The position numbers and the translations under genes were made by a program. A model generated the notes under the pieces. It saw nothing but the letters and a program-made list of their open reading frames with translations. It was not told the DNA's origin and ran no database searches. This document shows, one piece after another, positions 1 to 9,835 of a DNA stretch of 64,000 bases. Location: positions 9,149 through 73,148 of the forward strand of contig JBNKCO010000018.1 in NCBI GenBank assembly GCA_050287785.1, written 5' to 3'. How positions within the stretch are numbered: position 1 is the first letter of the stretch; the number at the start of each line of letters is the position of its first letter. This stretch comes from Bacteroidales bacterium (GTDB lineage: Bacteria; Bacteroidota; Bacteroidia; Bacteroidales; UBA10428).

Positions 1-1839
1 ACAATCTTCAACGATCGTATAATTACAAAATTTGGTCTTGAGTATAAGATTATCAAAGGCTTATCCTATAAATTTGATGTGTCGTTTGACATGAACAACA
101 CAAAAAGGAATTTGTTTTTGCCCCAGAATGCCACTGGAAGACCTTGGAATGATATAAATGTAAATAATGCTCGTGATCAGGACAAGGATGAATCTGCAAT
201 ATATACCAACAACAACATTACCTACTCTAACAAAATAAAAGAAATACATGCTATTTCAGCAACTTTGCAATTTCAAACGAACGACTACAAGGGAATCGAA
301 TACAAAGCCATTAGCGCAAATTCTGCCTCATCAGAATTACAAGACCCTTCAGATCCAGGTAGAATTATAGAAGATATGCTTGAAATTTATTCCGGCACAT
401 GGCAAAATAGAGATATAGGTTTATTAGGAATGTTTCACTACTCTCTTATGGATCGATATATCATATCTGCAGGTATTCGAAGAGAAGGAAACTCCAGATT
501 TGACAAAAAATTTCGATATGGTTATTTCCCAAGTTTATCCGCTGCATGGCGCATCTCTGGCGAACCTTTTATGAAAAAGTACGAGTTTCTCGACGATTTT
601 AGAATTAAGGGTAGTTATGGAAAGAATGGAAACCCTCCTAAATACCCATACTTATTCTACAATAACTATGGCACGTTTAATTGGCCATATCTGGACAATA
701 CTGCTATTTACCCAATAGATATTCAACAAGAAAACATGAAATGGGAAACCATTGTTACATCCAACCTGGGTTTCTCGCTTGAAATGTTTAAATCAAAGTT
801 GATAATAGATTTTGATATTTACAAAAATCGAACTAACGATATGTTATCTAGTAGTTATTCAATTGGTTCAGCTAGTGGATATGAAAATATGTATAAGAAC
901 ATTGGGATTCTGGATAATAATGGTTGGGATTTTAGTTTTAGAACAACTCCTGTTCGGAATCAGAATTGGACCGTTTCTTTCAATTTTAACATTGCTCGTA
1001 ATTATAATGTTCTTCAAGAAATTGATCCAAGTATAAGGCTCAAAGATGCCTTAAACACAAAGAATGGAGAGTATCCCAGATGGATACAAACTGGCAATCC
1101 TATTGGTTCTTTTTATGGATACCAATACGAAGGTGTTTATAAGGATGAAAGTGAACTTATTGCCAGAGATAAACAAGGCAATCAGATCTTCAATTCAAAT
1201 GGAACTCCTGTAGAAATGATTTTCTTCTACCCATATGTAAACTACAAATTTGAGCCTGGAGATGCAAAATACAAGGATATAAATCATGATGGTAATATCG
1301 ACTATAACGACATTGTATATCTTGGAAGTGCTAATCCGGACTTTGTTGGTGGGTTTGGTTCTACGATAAAATATAAACGTCTTTCTTTTAACTTTTATTT
1401 CTATGGTAGATACGGAAACCAGATAATTAACATAGCAAAAATGAATAGCGAAAATATGTATGGTTACAATAACCAATCTACAGCTACTTTAAGGCGCTGG
1501 CGACGACCTGGAGATGTAACCGATATTCCTCGTGCATTAACCCAATCAGGATATAACTACTTAGGTTCCGACAGATTTGTTGATAATGGTTCTTTTCTAA
1601 GGCTAAAATACCTCACATTTTCCTATGATTTTCCACGTAATCTGATTAGAAATCTAAAAATGGAAAGCCTCAAATTTTCTGTTACAGTAAGTAATCTGCT
1701 TACAATCACAAAATATGAAGGACAAGATCCCGAAATTAATATAAATAGCCGCGATGGAACAATATTTACTGTAGGCTATGATGATTCAAGTACTCCTCGT
1801 GCCAAAGAAGTTACGGCTAGCCTTATGGTTACATTCTAA
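1..1839 (+). CDS. SusC/RagA-family TonB-dependent outer-membrane receptor, C-terminal part (5' end lies left of the window)
   Basis: The frame is open from base 1 (TIFNDRIITKFGLEYK...) into the listed 79..1839 ORF. The sequence is beta-barrel-like and ends ...ASLMVTF with a terminal aromatic residue. A SusD-like lipoprotein gene starts 31 nt downstream. Confidence 0.85.
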   Translation, partial: TIFNDRIITKFGLEYKIIKGLSYKFDVSFDMNNTKRNLFLPQNATGRPWNDINVNNARDQDKDESAIYTNNNITYSNKIKEIHAISATLQFQTNDYKGIEYKAISANSASSELQDPSDPGRIIEDMLEIYSGTWQNRDIGLLGMFHYSLMDRYIISAGIRREGNSRFDKKFRYGYFPSLSAAWRISGEPFMKKYEFLDDFRIKGSYGKNGNPPKYPYLFYNNYGTFNWPYLDNTAIYPIDIQQENMKWETIVTSNLGFSLEMFKSKLIIDFDIYKNRTNDMLSSSYSIGSASGYENMYKNIGILDNNGWDFSFRTTPVRNQNWTVSFNFNIARNYNVLQEIDPSIRLKDALNTKNGEYPRWIQTGNPIGSFYGYQYEGVYKDESELIARDKQGNQIFNSNGTPVEMIFFYPYVNYKFEPGDAKYKDINHDGNIDYNDIVYLGSANPDFVGGFGSTIKYKRLSFNFYFYGRYGNQIINIAKMNSENMYGYNNQSTATLRRWRRPGDVTDIPRALTQSGYNYLGSDRFVDNGSFLRLKYLTFSYDFPRNLIRNLKMESLKFSVTVSNLLTITKYEGQDPEININSRDGTIFTVGYDDSSTPRAKEVTASLMVTF

Positions 1840-1870
1840 GTTTACGGCATCAAATTAATACAAATAAAAA

Positions 1871-3370
1871 ATGAATAAAATAAAATATAAAATACTGATT
1901 TTAAGCCTGCTAATTTTTATGGGATCGTGTGATGAATGGCTTCATCTTCAGCCCGAGAATGGAATAATCGTAGAAGATTACTGGAAAACTAAAGAAGATG
2001 TACATGCAGCCATGATGGGTTGTTATGCATCCTTGTTAGGAAATCAAAATGGAAGAGGATACGACATTCCCCAACAAATATTTATGTGGGGTGAAATGAG
2101 AGCCGATTGGGTATTTCCCAACAGGTTCAATTCTGATACCTACAAAATTCTAAATGGAGAAATAGAGCCTACAAACAATTATTGTACATGGAGTTCATTT
2201 TATCGCACTATTAACTATTGCAACACTGTTCTTAATTTCGCGCCTCAAGTTTTAAAAACAGACCCCTCATTTACACAAGAATCGCTTGATGAATATCGGG
2301 CAGAAGCTCTGGCAATAAGAGCTTTATTGTATTTTTACCTTACACGTACTTTTAAAGAAGTCCCTCTAATTTTAAAGGCTACTACAACAGATAATCAAGA
2401 CTTTAATCTACCAAAAAACGATCAGTCAGAAATATTAAGTCAGATTAAAACGGATCTACTAGAAGCTGAAAAACTTGCAGTTTATACATATGGAGATGTT
2501 CCATCAGATAAGGCACGAACTAATAAATATACAATTAATGCCATACAATCAGATGTTTATCTCTGGTGTGAACAATACGATAGTACCTTAATTGCATGTA
2601 ATAAAATAATCAATTCCGGGGTTTTCGGACTTGTTGCAGGGGATGAAAACTGGTTTGAGACTCTTTACGTGCATGGAAATTCTGTTGAAGGCATATTTGA
2701 ACTACCCTACTCCATTACAAAACAAAATCCTTTTTATAGTATTTTCTTATATGACCGATTATATAAGGCATCTTCTACTGCCATTGAAGAATTTTTCCCA
2801 TTTGACCCTATTGCCCCAATTGACAGTTTTGATTTAAGGAGCGATGGCTGTTCTTATATGTCAAGTTCAAATAACCTCATCTGGAAACAAATTGGAGTAA
2901 GTCGCGAGGTTGCCCGTGATGCTAACGAATCTTACGCTAATATTATTATTTACAGATATGCTGAAATTCTATTAAACAAAGCTGAAGCGCTAAATCAACT
3001 TAATCGAGGCGAAGAAGCTCTAGAGTTGGTTAGAATTATTAGAAAACGTTCAAATGCATCTAGAATAAGTGAAATGAATTCAACAGAGCCCCAAGTGATA
3101 GCTGATTATATCCTATCAGAAAGATCCCGCGAATTTGCATTTGAAGGAAAACGCTGGTTTGATGTTTTGAGAAATGCTAAGAGGAATAACTATCAGCGGC
3201 TTGACCTAATACTTTCTATGGCATCAAGGAATGCTCCCTCTGATAGACAAGTTACCATTCTAAATAAATATCGAGATACCTTAAGTCATTATCTACCTAT
3301 TCATTATAGTGAAATCGAGAGGAACCCAAATCTTGTTCAAAATCCATATTATGAGAATTATTCAGAATAA
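1871..3370 (+). CDS. SusD/RagB-family nutrient-binding lipoprotein
   Basis: Lipoprotein signal (LLIFMGSCDEW). SusD-type helices (YRAEALAIRALLYFYLTRTF) and C-terminal motif (ERSREFAFEGKRWFDVLR). Sits immediately after SusC. Confidence 0.85.
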   Translation: MNKIKYKILILSLLIFMGSCDEWLHLQPENGIIVEDYWKTKEDVHAAMMGCYASLLGNQNGRGYDIPQQIFMWGEMRADWVFPNRFNSDTYKILNGEIEPTNNYCTWSSFYRTINYCNTVLNFAPQVLKTDPSFTQESLDEYRAEALAIRALLYFYLTRTFKEVPLILKATTTDNQDFNLPKNDQSEILSQIKTDLLEAEKLAVYTYGDVPSDKARTNKYTINAIQSDVYLWCEQYDSTLIACNKIINSGVFGLVAGDENWFETLYVHGNSVEGIFELPYSITKQNPFYSIFLYDRLYKASSTAIEEFFPFDPIAPIDSFDLRSDGCSYMSSSNNLIWKQIGVSREVARDANESYANIIIYRYAEILLNKAEALNQLNRGEEALELVRIIRKRSNASRISEMNSTEPQVIADYILSERSREFAFEGKRWFDVLRNAKRNNYQRLDLILSMASRNAPSDRQVTILNKYRDTLSHYLPIHYSEIERNPNLVQNPYYENYSE

Positions 3371-3374
3371 TATT

Positions 3375-5069
3375 ATGAAAACATATCTAAAAACAATTCC
3401 AATAATAATTTTGGTGCTACTAAATATTAGCTGTGAAAAGCCTCCTGAAAATTTTTTAACCTCAGATGGATTATTAATTGGAGAATTCCTTGAAACTGAA
3501 ACTGAAACATTTTCGACCTTTCATGAAATACTAGTTTCGACCGGCTCTATCCCCTTCCTGGATGCTTATGGTGCCTATACATGTTTTGCTCCTACAAATC
3601 AAGCATTTGAGGAATACATTGTTTATAAAGGTAAAAGTGATATTAGTGATTTTTCTAATGAAGAATTATTGGAAATTGTCAAGTATCACATTATACTAGA
3701 CACAATTAGTTCATCGCTTTTTACCGACGGAAAATTACAAACGCCAACAATGTATGGTCATTATCTTACAGCACAAACACTCTTTGAAGATGGCGCTATA
3801 ACTAAGATTAACAAATATGCCCCTGTTGAGCATAAAGACATAAGACTTATCAATGGGATAGTCCATCAGATTGGAACTGTTCTTGATCCAGTTAAACTAT
3901 CTATTGCGCAATTAATCGATCAAAACCCCGATTATAGTATCTTTTCTCAGGCGCTAAAAGAGACCCATTTGTACGACACTCTCAATATTACTCCCGACTT
4001 AAGCAAACCTGATCCAAGGTGGTTTACAGTATTTGCTCATTCAAATGATATTTATGCTAGTGAAGGAATAACTACATACAATGAACTAAAAACTAAATAC
4101 AGCAGTACAGGTGACCCTGGGAATACTGAAGATAGCTTGTACCTGTATATGTCTTATCATATACTTGACAACAGCTTAAAGTTTGTTGGCGATTTAGTAA
4201 CACAACCCTCCCATTTAACCTTCGCTCCTCAAGAAGTTATTACAATGAAACTTAGAGGAGATACAGCATTAATAAATGAGGATACCTATAGAGGTGAGAT
4301 AGAGCAGGGAGCTCCAATTGACAGAGTTGCTAGTGATAATACGGCCGCAAATGGTGTCTTCCACTCTGTTAGCAAGGACTACAACATAAAAGTTCGCTTG
4401 CCTTACCCAATATACTGGGATGTAGCAGATCAACCAGAAATTAGAAAGCTCAAAAACATTTTTCGTGTCCCTGGCTCAAGTAATTCATTTAATCTTGGTG
4501 ACCTTTCTGAAGTAACATGGGGATCTGATAATCCAATCTATTATGTGGCAGATGGAGGATGGAGTGGAGAATATTATGTTTATGGAGATTATTTAGATAT
4601 AAAACTACGTACTGCTGTTATCCCCTGGATTGAGTTTACAACACCTCTGATAGTAAAAGGTACTTATAAAGTATGGACCTGCACCAGAAACGTATCAGAA
4701 AGAAGGGCAATTTTTATGGTTGAAATTAACGGTGAAACAATGCCAAACATTATTAATACAAACACATTACTACCTAAAAGTCCATACCCCACCGACGAGG
4801 AACTTGAACTTATTGGATACAAACGCTATAACTACAACCCTGCTGACACCAATTCATACTATACCGATATGCATGGACGATTCGTAGGCCGACTTGCAGG
4901 AACCATTGAAATTCCTTCAACAGGAAGATATAAAATGAAACTAACTGTTTTAAACAATGAAATGAGTGGTGTATGGATAGATATGATTCATTTTATACCT
5001 ACAGATATAAACCAGATTTGGCCAAGGCTTGATAAAAACGGGATCCTTATTGATGAGCCTGACATATAA
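3375..5069 (+). CDS. FAS1 (fasciclin) domain lipoprotein with C-terminal extension
   Basis: The listed ORF starts at 3309, but the ATG at 3375 gives a lipoprotein signal (MKTYLKTIPIIILVLLNISC). FAS1-type motifs CFAPTNQAFEE and NGIVHQIGTVL are present. Confidence 0.75.
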   Translation: MKTYLKTIPIIILVLLNISCEKPPENFLTSDGLLIGEFLETETETFSTFHEILVSTGSIPFLDAYGAYTCFAPTNQAFEEYIVYKGKSDISDFSNEELLEIVKYHIILDTISSSLFTDGKLQTPTMYGHYLTAQTLFEDGAITKINKYAPVEHKDIRLINGIVHQIGTVLDPVKLSIAQLIDQNPDYSIFSQALKETHLYDTLNITPDLSKPDPRWFTVFAHSNDIYASEGITTYNELKTKYSSTGDPGNTEDSLYLYMSYHILDNSLKFVGDLVTQPSHLTFAPQEVITMKLRGDTALINEDTYRGEIEQGAPIDRVASDNTAANGVFHSVSKDYNIKVRLPYPIYWDVADQPEIRKLKNIFRVPGSSNSFNLGDLSEVTWGSDNPIYYVADGGWSGEYYVYGDYLDIKLRTAVIPWIEFTTPLIVKGTYKVWTCTRNVSERRAIFMVEINGETMPNIINTNTLLPKSPYPTDEELELIGYKRYNYNPADTNSYYTDMHGRFVGRLAGTIEIPSTGRYKMKLTVLNNEMSGVWIDMIHFIPTDINQIWPRLDKNGILIDEPDI

Positions 5070-5095
5070 GCCCTACTATATCTAGTTTAAAATTT

Positions 5096-6643
5096 ATGAA
5101 AACAGACAACTTAAAGCATTTCAATAAAATGAACTTTTTAAAAAAACACTCAATCGCCATTCTACTCCTATTGATAGGCATCTCAGGATGTCAAGACCCA
5201 TGGGCAGATCGGATTGAAGTTAAAGAAGATGTACCGAAAAATAACCTGATGGAAGAAATCATTAGTAAAACAGAACTATCTGAGTTTGTTAAAATACTTC
5301 AGTCAACAGGTTGGGACAGCATATTAACATCAACAAAACCTAACTCTATTTGGGCTCCCACTAACGAAGCATTAAAGGCTGTTAGTGATGATATTTTAAA
5401 TGACCCGGAGAAACTTAAAGAATTAGTAGATAATCATATTTGTTTTTTACAACATAAGTACTTCTCACAAATTGGAACAAAAAGAATTAAAACATACCGG
5501 GGAAAGTACCTTAACCTTGACTTTAATAATGGAAAAGCTAATGACGCCAATCTAAGCAAACCATTCGATATTGTAGCTAATAATGGCGTTTTACATATAA
5601 TCGACAAGGCTCTCGTCCCCCAAATGAATATATGGGAGTTTATCGAATCTACGGATCAATGCCCTAAACTAGTTGAATACCTAAAATCGTTGACAGGTAC
5701 AATATTCGACCCAACAATTGCGACTCAAATTGGAGTTGATCCTTTAAGCGGGAAACCTATTTATGATACTATTACAGGATTGCTTTGGGATAATTCATTC
5801 TTAAATAAAACACGCGATCTGAGAAACGAAGACAGCTTATCAACACTCATACTTTTTGCAGATCAAGATTATACTTCAGAATTTTCGAAATTCAGACCCT
5901 ATTTTACATATAATAATAAGATCAATAATTACGAAGTTCTATCTGATAGCGTTACAAATTGGAAAACAAGTAAAGACATTGTTTTTGAAGGTGCAATTTC
6001 ACCTGAAGAATTACCAGCAGAACTCACATCAACTTTTGGTGTAAATGTTCCTATTGGCAGTTTTAACATTGAATCAAATTTTCAAGCAAGTAATGGTATG
6101 GTTTATATCGTAAGCAACTATAGCATTGAAAAGCCTGATAAAATACCGGTAATTATTCTACAAGGAGAAGATACTACTAAATATGTTGGCAGGGATCCAT
6201 TCGGGCAAAGCGGTTTTACTCGTCAAGTAGAATTAGCATCCGGAGGATATGATTTTGTTCTCGATAATCATGGTGGCAACCCAGGAACATTAACTTTCTA
6301 TGTGCCTGACCTATGCAATTCAGTGTATAAAGTTTATTGGAGAGCTATTGATGATTTTAATTATTCTTATAAATACCCTAGCACAGATACAATAAGTCAA
6401 TCTTTAGGTTGGGTAATACAAAATGGAACGGAAAATGGCATACCTGTTTTTGATGATTTTAACAACATCGGAAACTCGGTTTTTGTTATTGACTCTTCCT
6501 ATACAACTGCCCAAGATGTTTTTATATATGACGCAAATGTTGAAGGATATACAGACAGGAAGTGGATTCAACTTAAAGGAGAAGGTAAGAATACTCCCTT
6601 GACTCTTGATTATATTAAAATAGTCCCAGTTTTCAATGATTAA
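5096..6643 (+). CDS. FAS1 (fasciclin) domain lipoprotein with C-terminal extension
   Basis: Motifs IWAPTNEALKAV and NGVLHIIDKALVP. Lipoprotein signal MNFLKKHSIAILLLLIGISGC, so the ATG at 5129 is the more likely true start. Confidence 0.75.
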   Translation: MKTDNLKHFNKMNFLKKHSIAILLLLIGISGCQDPWADRIEVKEDVPKNNLMEEIISKTELSEFVKILQSTGWDSILTSTKPNSIWAPTNEALKAVSDDILNDPEKLKELVDNHICFLQHKYFSQIGTKRIKTYRGKYLNLDFNNGKANDANLSKPFDIVANNGVLHIIDKALVPQMNIWEFIESTDQCPKLVEYLKSLTGTIFDPTIATQIGVDPLSGKPIYDTITGLLWDNSFLNKTRDLRNEDSLSTLILFADQDYTSEFSKFRPYFTYNNKINNYEVLSDSVTNWKTSKDIVFEGAISPEELPAELTSTFGVNVPIGSFNIESNFQASNGMVYIVSNYSIEKPDKIPVIILQGEDTTKYVGRDPFGQSGFTRQVELASGGYDFVLDNHGGNPGTLTFYVPDLCNSVYKVYWRAIDDFNYSYKYPSTDTISQSLGWVIQNGTENGIPVFDDFNNIGNSVFVIDSSYTTAQDVFIYDANVEGYTDRKWIQLKGEGKNTPLTLDYIKIVPVFND

Positions 6644-9600
6644 ACTAATTTCTATGTCAGCTATAAAAAAAATATTTACACTTATAATTTTTGTGGTCTT
6701 TCACCTTCATTCGCAAGCCCAAATGAAGAGCGACAGTATCTATTCTATAAATATTCAAGGAAATGTATTTAATGCTTCAACAAAAATGCCACTCGAAGGG
6801 TTGAATGTAGCCTATAGTAATAAAACATCATCCTTTACTGATAGTCTTGGAGCTTTTTCTATTGCTGTTCCATCAACTGAAATTGCAATTACTATTAGTG
6901 GTAATGGATTTCAAACTCAAACTGTATTAGTAAAGAAAAGAGAATTTTTTGATGTTTATATGCACGAAGATAAGTATCCATCTGCTCAGCAACAGTCATA
7001 TAATGATTTCTACTCATCAAGGCCTTTACTCTATACTTCGAAGACTGTATCTTCAATAAGCGAAAACTCAGACACATGGCAGAATCCTGGGCTAAGTGCA
7101 GAGGAAGCTCTTCATGAAAAAATCAGTGGCCTTCGAGTAATTTCTAAAACCGGAATGCCTGGCATAGGCGCTAATATGTTTCTTAGGGGCTACTCATCCA
7201 TGTATGGTTCTAACCAACCTCTGGTTGTTGTAGATGGTTTTGTTTTAGACAATCCTTATGAATATAATTCTATAATTACCGGCTATATATCTAATCCATT
7301 ATCTTATATAGATATAACAGATATTGAGAATATTTCACTGATAAAAGATGCAAATTCTTTATACGGAACCCGTTCGGGAAATGGGGTATTATTTATAAGT
7401 ACACGAAGATCAAGAGACATAGCTACAAAAATAGATTTTAATGTTTTGGCCGGTATAAATTCAGCTCCAAAACAGCAACCAATGCTGGAATCTGATGATT
7501 ACAAAAGATATGTATCAGAAATATTACAGTCGTCGGAATTAACATCTGATCAAATTCAATCCTTGCCATTTATGAATGATGGTTTAAATAGCACAAACTA
7601 TTATAAGTATAACAACAACACAAACTGGCAAGATCAGATATTTGATGCTGGAGTTTTCCAAAAATACAATTTACGTATTAGCGGGGGTGACGATATTGCT
7701 CTATATACTTTGTCTGTAGGTTATTCAAACCACGACGGTATTATTAAAAACACGGGATTTAAAAGATATAATGCCAGATTCAACTCCGACATTAAAGTTT
7801 CACCTAAGTTCATAATGAATGCAAGCGTTAGTTATTCCAATAATAATTTTAAACTTAACGAAGAAGGCTTAGTAAATACAAGTTCAATACATCAGAGCCT
7901 ATATAAAGCCCCTTTCCTTTTTCCATATGTTAAAAATGAAAATAATGTAGTTTCACCCATAATGGAAGATGCCGATGACTTTGGTATTAGCAACCCTCTT
8001 GTAATTGTAAATAATACAGAAGCAACTTCAGAAAACTATCAGATTTTTGCGCTCTTTAATGCAAAATATAAAATAACAGAAGAGCTTTCTATCAGTAATC
8101 AGGTAGGAGTAGATTTTCACAAAGCAAGAAATAGCTTATTCTTACCTCATCTCGGAATTGCTGCCGATACACTTGAACAAGGTGTTGCTGAAAATAAAAT
8201 GGCACATCAAGTTACAAGATTCTACAATATATCAAACGATTTCAGGATTCAGTATAGCCATGTTTTCAATCTAATACATCATTTTTCAGCCCTTGCAGGA
8301 ACACGGCTTGCAAGACTTCAAAGCGAAGATGATTGGGCTCAAAGCCATAACTCTCCAAATGATAATATGAAGACAATTAATACAGGTACGAATATTTTTA
8401 GAACTATTGGTGGCTATTTGTCAGATATTAACAGACTTACATATTATGCTAATGCAGAATATAATTACGCTCATAGATATTTACTTTCATTTAATATGTC
8501 TTTAGATGGTTCTTCAAACTTTGGAAAAGAAGCAACCGGTTTGAGTCTGTTCAATTCAAAATTTGGAGTATTCCCTGCTATATCAGGTGCATGGTTAGTT
8601 TCATCCGAAAGTTTCATGAGCAACATCAACGTCGTTGACCTTGTAAAGGTTAGAGCTTCATACGGACTAACTGGGAATAGTAATTTTGGTGAATTCCCAT
8701 CCAGCAAATATTATGAATCCCAAAATTTCATTGGCTCACAAGGACTTGTTAAAGGTTCATTATGGACATCATCTTTACAATGGGAAACAGTTACTAAATC
8801 TAATTTTGGTGTCGATATAAGTGCTTTAAAAAATAAAGTTGCCCTAAGCTTTGATTTTTATAATAACACTACATCTGATATGCTCAATGTACTTCCTGCT
8901 GATCCTCAATCAGGTTTTTCTTATTATATCGATAACGATGGTTCATTTCAATCAAAAGGATTCGACATTACTGCATTTTTCAGAGCGATTGATGGAAAAA
9001 AATTGAAGTGGGATATCTCTTTGAATTATTCTCAATATAAAACAGAGATTTTAGAGCTTCCATATGATAACAAGGTAACATCAATATATGGTGCAAATAT
9101 TTTGTCCGCTGTAGGACAGCCACTCGGAGTTTTCTATGGATACAAAACCAATGGAGTTTATTCAACTCAGGCAGAAGCAGAAGCTGATGGATTTTCGACA
9201 ATATTACCAAATACAGATTTATCCCCCTTTAGTGCTGGAGATGTAATATTTGAAGATCGTAATAACGATAAAATTATTGACGAAAACGATATGCAAATTA
9301 TTGGAGACCCTAATCCGGACTTTACTTGTATGATTAGCAATCGAATTTCATGGAATGGTATATCTCTCGAAGCTGTTATTTCATATACATCTGGGAAAGA
9401 TGTGTTTAATCATCTTAGGTACCAACTTGAGTCGATGCAAAACACAAACAATCAGACTCAAGCTGTGTTGAACCGATGGAGAAACGAAGGACAGATTACT
9501 GATATTCCAAAGGCAAGTGCAAATGATCCTCAAGGCAATGCCAGATTCTCTGATCGATGGATTGAAGATGGCTCATTTCTAAGGTTAAAATATATCACAT

Positions 9601-9803
9601 TAAGCTATAAAGTACCAATTAAGCAACAATACATTAGGGGGCTCGAAGTATTTGTTACTGGGAAAAACCTTGTAACACTAACAAAGTACCAGGGATATGA
9701 CCCTGAATTTAGCATTTCTGAATTTTCTCTTGCACAAGGCATTGATATTGGTATGGTACCTCAGGCTAAATCTATATATGCCGGTATTAAAATGAACTTC
9801 TAA
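6636..9803 (+). CDS. SusC/RagA-family TonB-dependent receptor (full length)
   Basis: 1055 aa with a signal peptide; the likely start is the ATG at 6654 (MSAIKKIF...). N-terminal carboxypeptidase-regulatory-like segment, plug-region motif (ISGLRVISKTGMPGIGANMFLRGYSS...PLVVVDG), long barrel, and terminal ...GIKMNF. Confidence 0.9.
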   Translation: MIKLISMSAIKKIFTLIIFVVFHLHSQAQMKSDSIYSINIQGNVFNASTKMPLEGLNVAYSNKTSSFTDSLGAFSIAVPSTEIAITISGNGFQTQTVLVKKREFFDVYMHEDKYPSAQQQSYNDFYSSRPLLYTSKTVSSISENSDTWQNPGLSAEEALHEKISGLRVISKTGMPGIGANMFLRGYSSMYGSNQPLVVVDGFVLDNPYEYNSIITGYISNPLSYIDITDIENISLIKDANSLYGTRSGNGVLFISTRRSRDIATKIDFNVLAGINSAPKQQPMLESDDYKRYVSEILQSSELTSDQIQSLPFMNDGLNSTNYYKYNNNTNWQDQIFDAGVFQKYNLRISGGDDIALYTLSVGYSNHDGIIKNTGFKRYNARFNSDIKVSPKFIMNASVSYSNNNFKLNEEGLVNTSSIHQSLYKAPFLFPYVKNENNVVSPIMEDADDFGISNPLVIVNNTEATSENYQIFALFNAKYKITEELSISNQVGVDFHKARNSLFLPHLGIAADTLEQGVAENKMAHQVTRFYNISNDFRIQYSHVFNLIHHFSALAGTRLARLQSEDDWAQSHNSPNDNMKTINTGTNIFRTIGGYLSDINRLTYYANAEYNYAHRYLLSFNMSLDGSSNFGKEATGLSLFNSKFGVFPAISGAWLVSSESFMSNINVVDLVKVRASYGLTGNSNFGEFPSSKYYESQNFIGSQGLVKGSLWTSSLQWETVTKSNFGVDISALKNKVALSFDFYNNTTSDMLNVLPADPQSGFSYYIDNDGSFQSKGFDITAFFRAIDGKKLKWDISLNYSQYKTEILELPYDNKVTSIYGANILSAVGQPLGVFYGYKTNGVYSTQAEAEADGFSTILPNTDLSPFSAGDVIFEDRNNDKIIDENDMQIIGDPNPDFTCMISNRISWNGISLEAVISYTSGKDVFNHLRYQLESMQNTNNQTQAVLNRWRNEGQITDIPKASANDPQGNARFSDRWIEDGSFLRLKYITLSYKVPIKQQYIRGLEVFVTGKNLVTLTKYQGYDPEFSISEFSLAQGIDIGMVPQAKSIYAGIKMNF

Positions 9804-9835
9804 ACTAAAACTATTCATTTTTGAAAAAATTAGAT

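Noticed and set aside
3309-3374. N-terminal 22-codon extension of the first FAS1 ORF overlapping the SusD 3' end
   Set aside because: The ATG at 3375 yields a canonical lipoprotein signal directly after the SusD stop, whereas the extension has no signal-like features.
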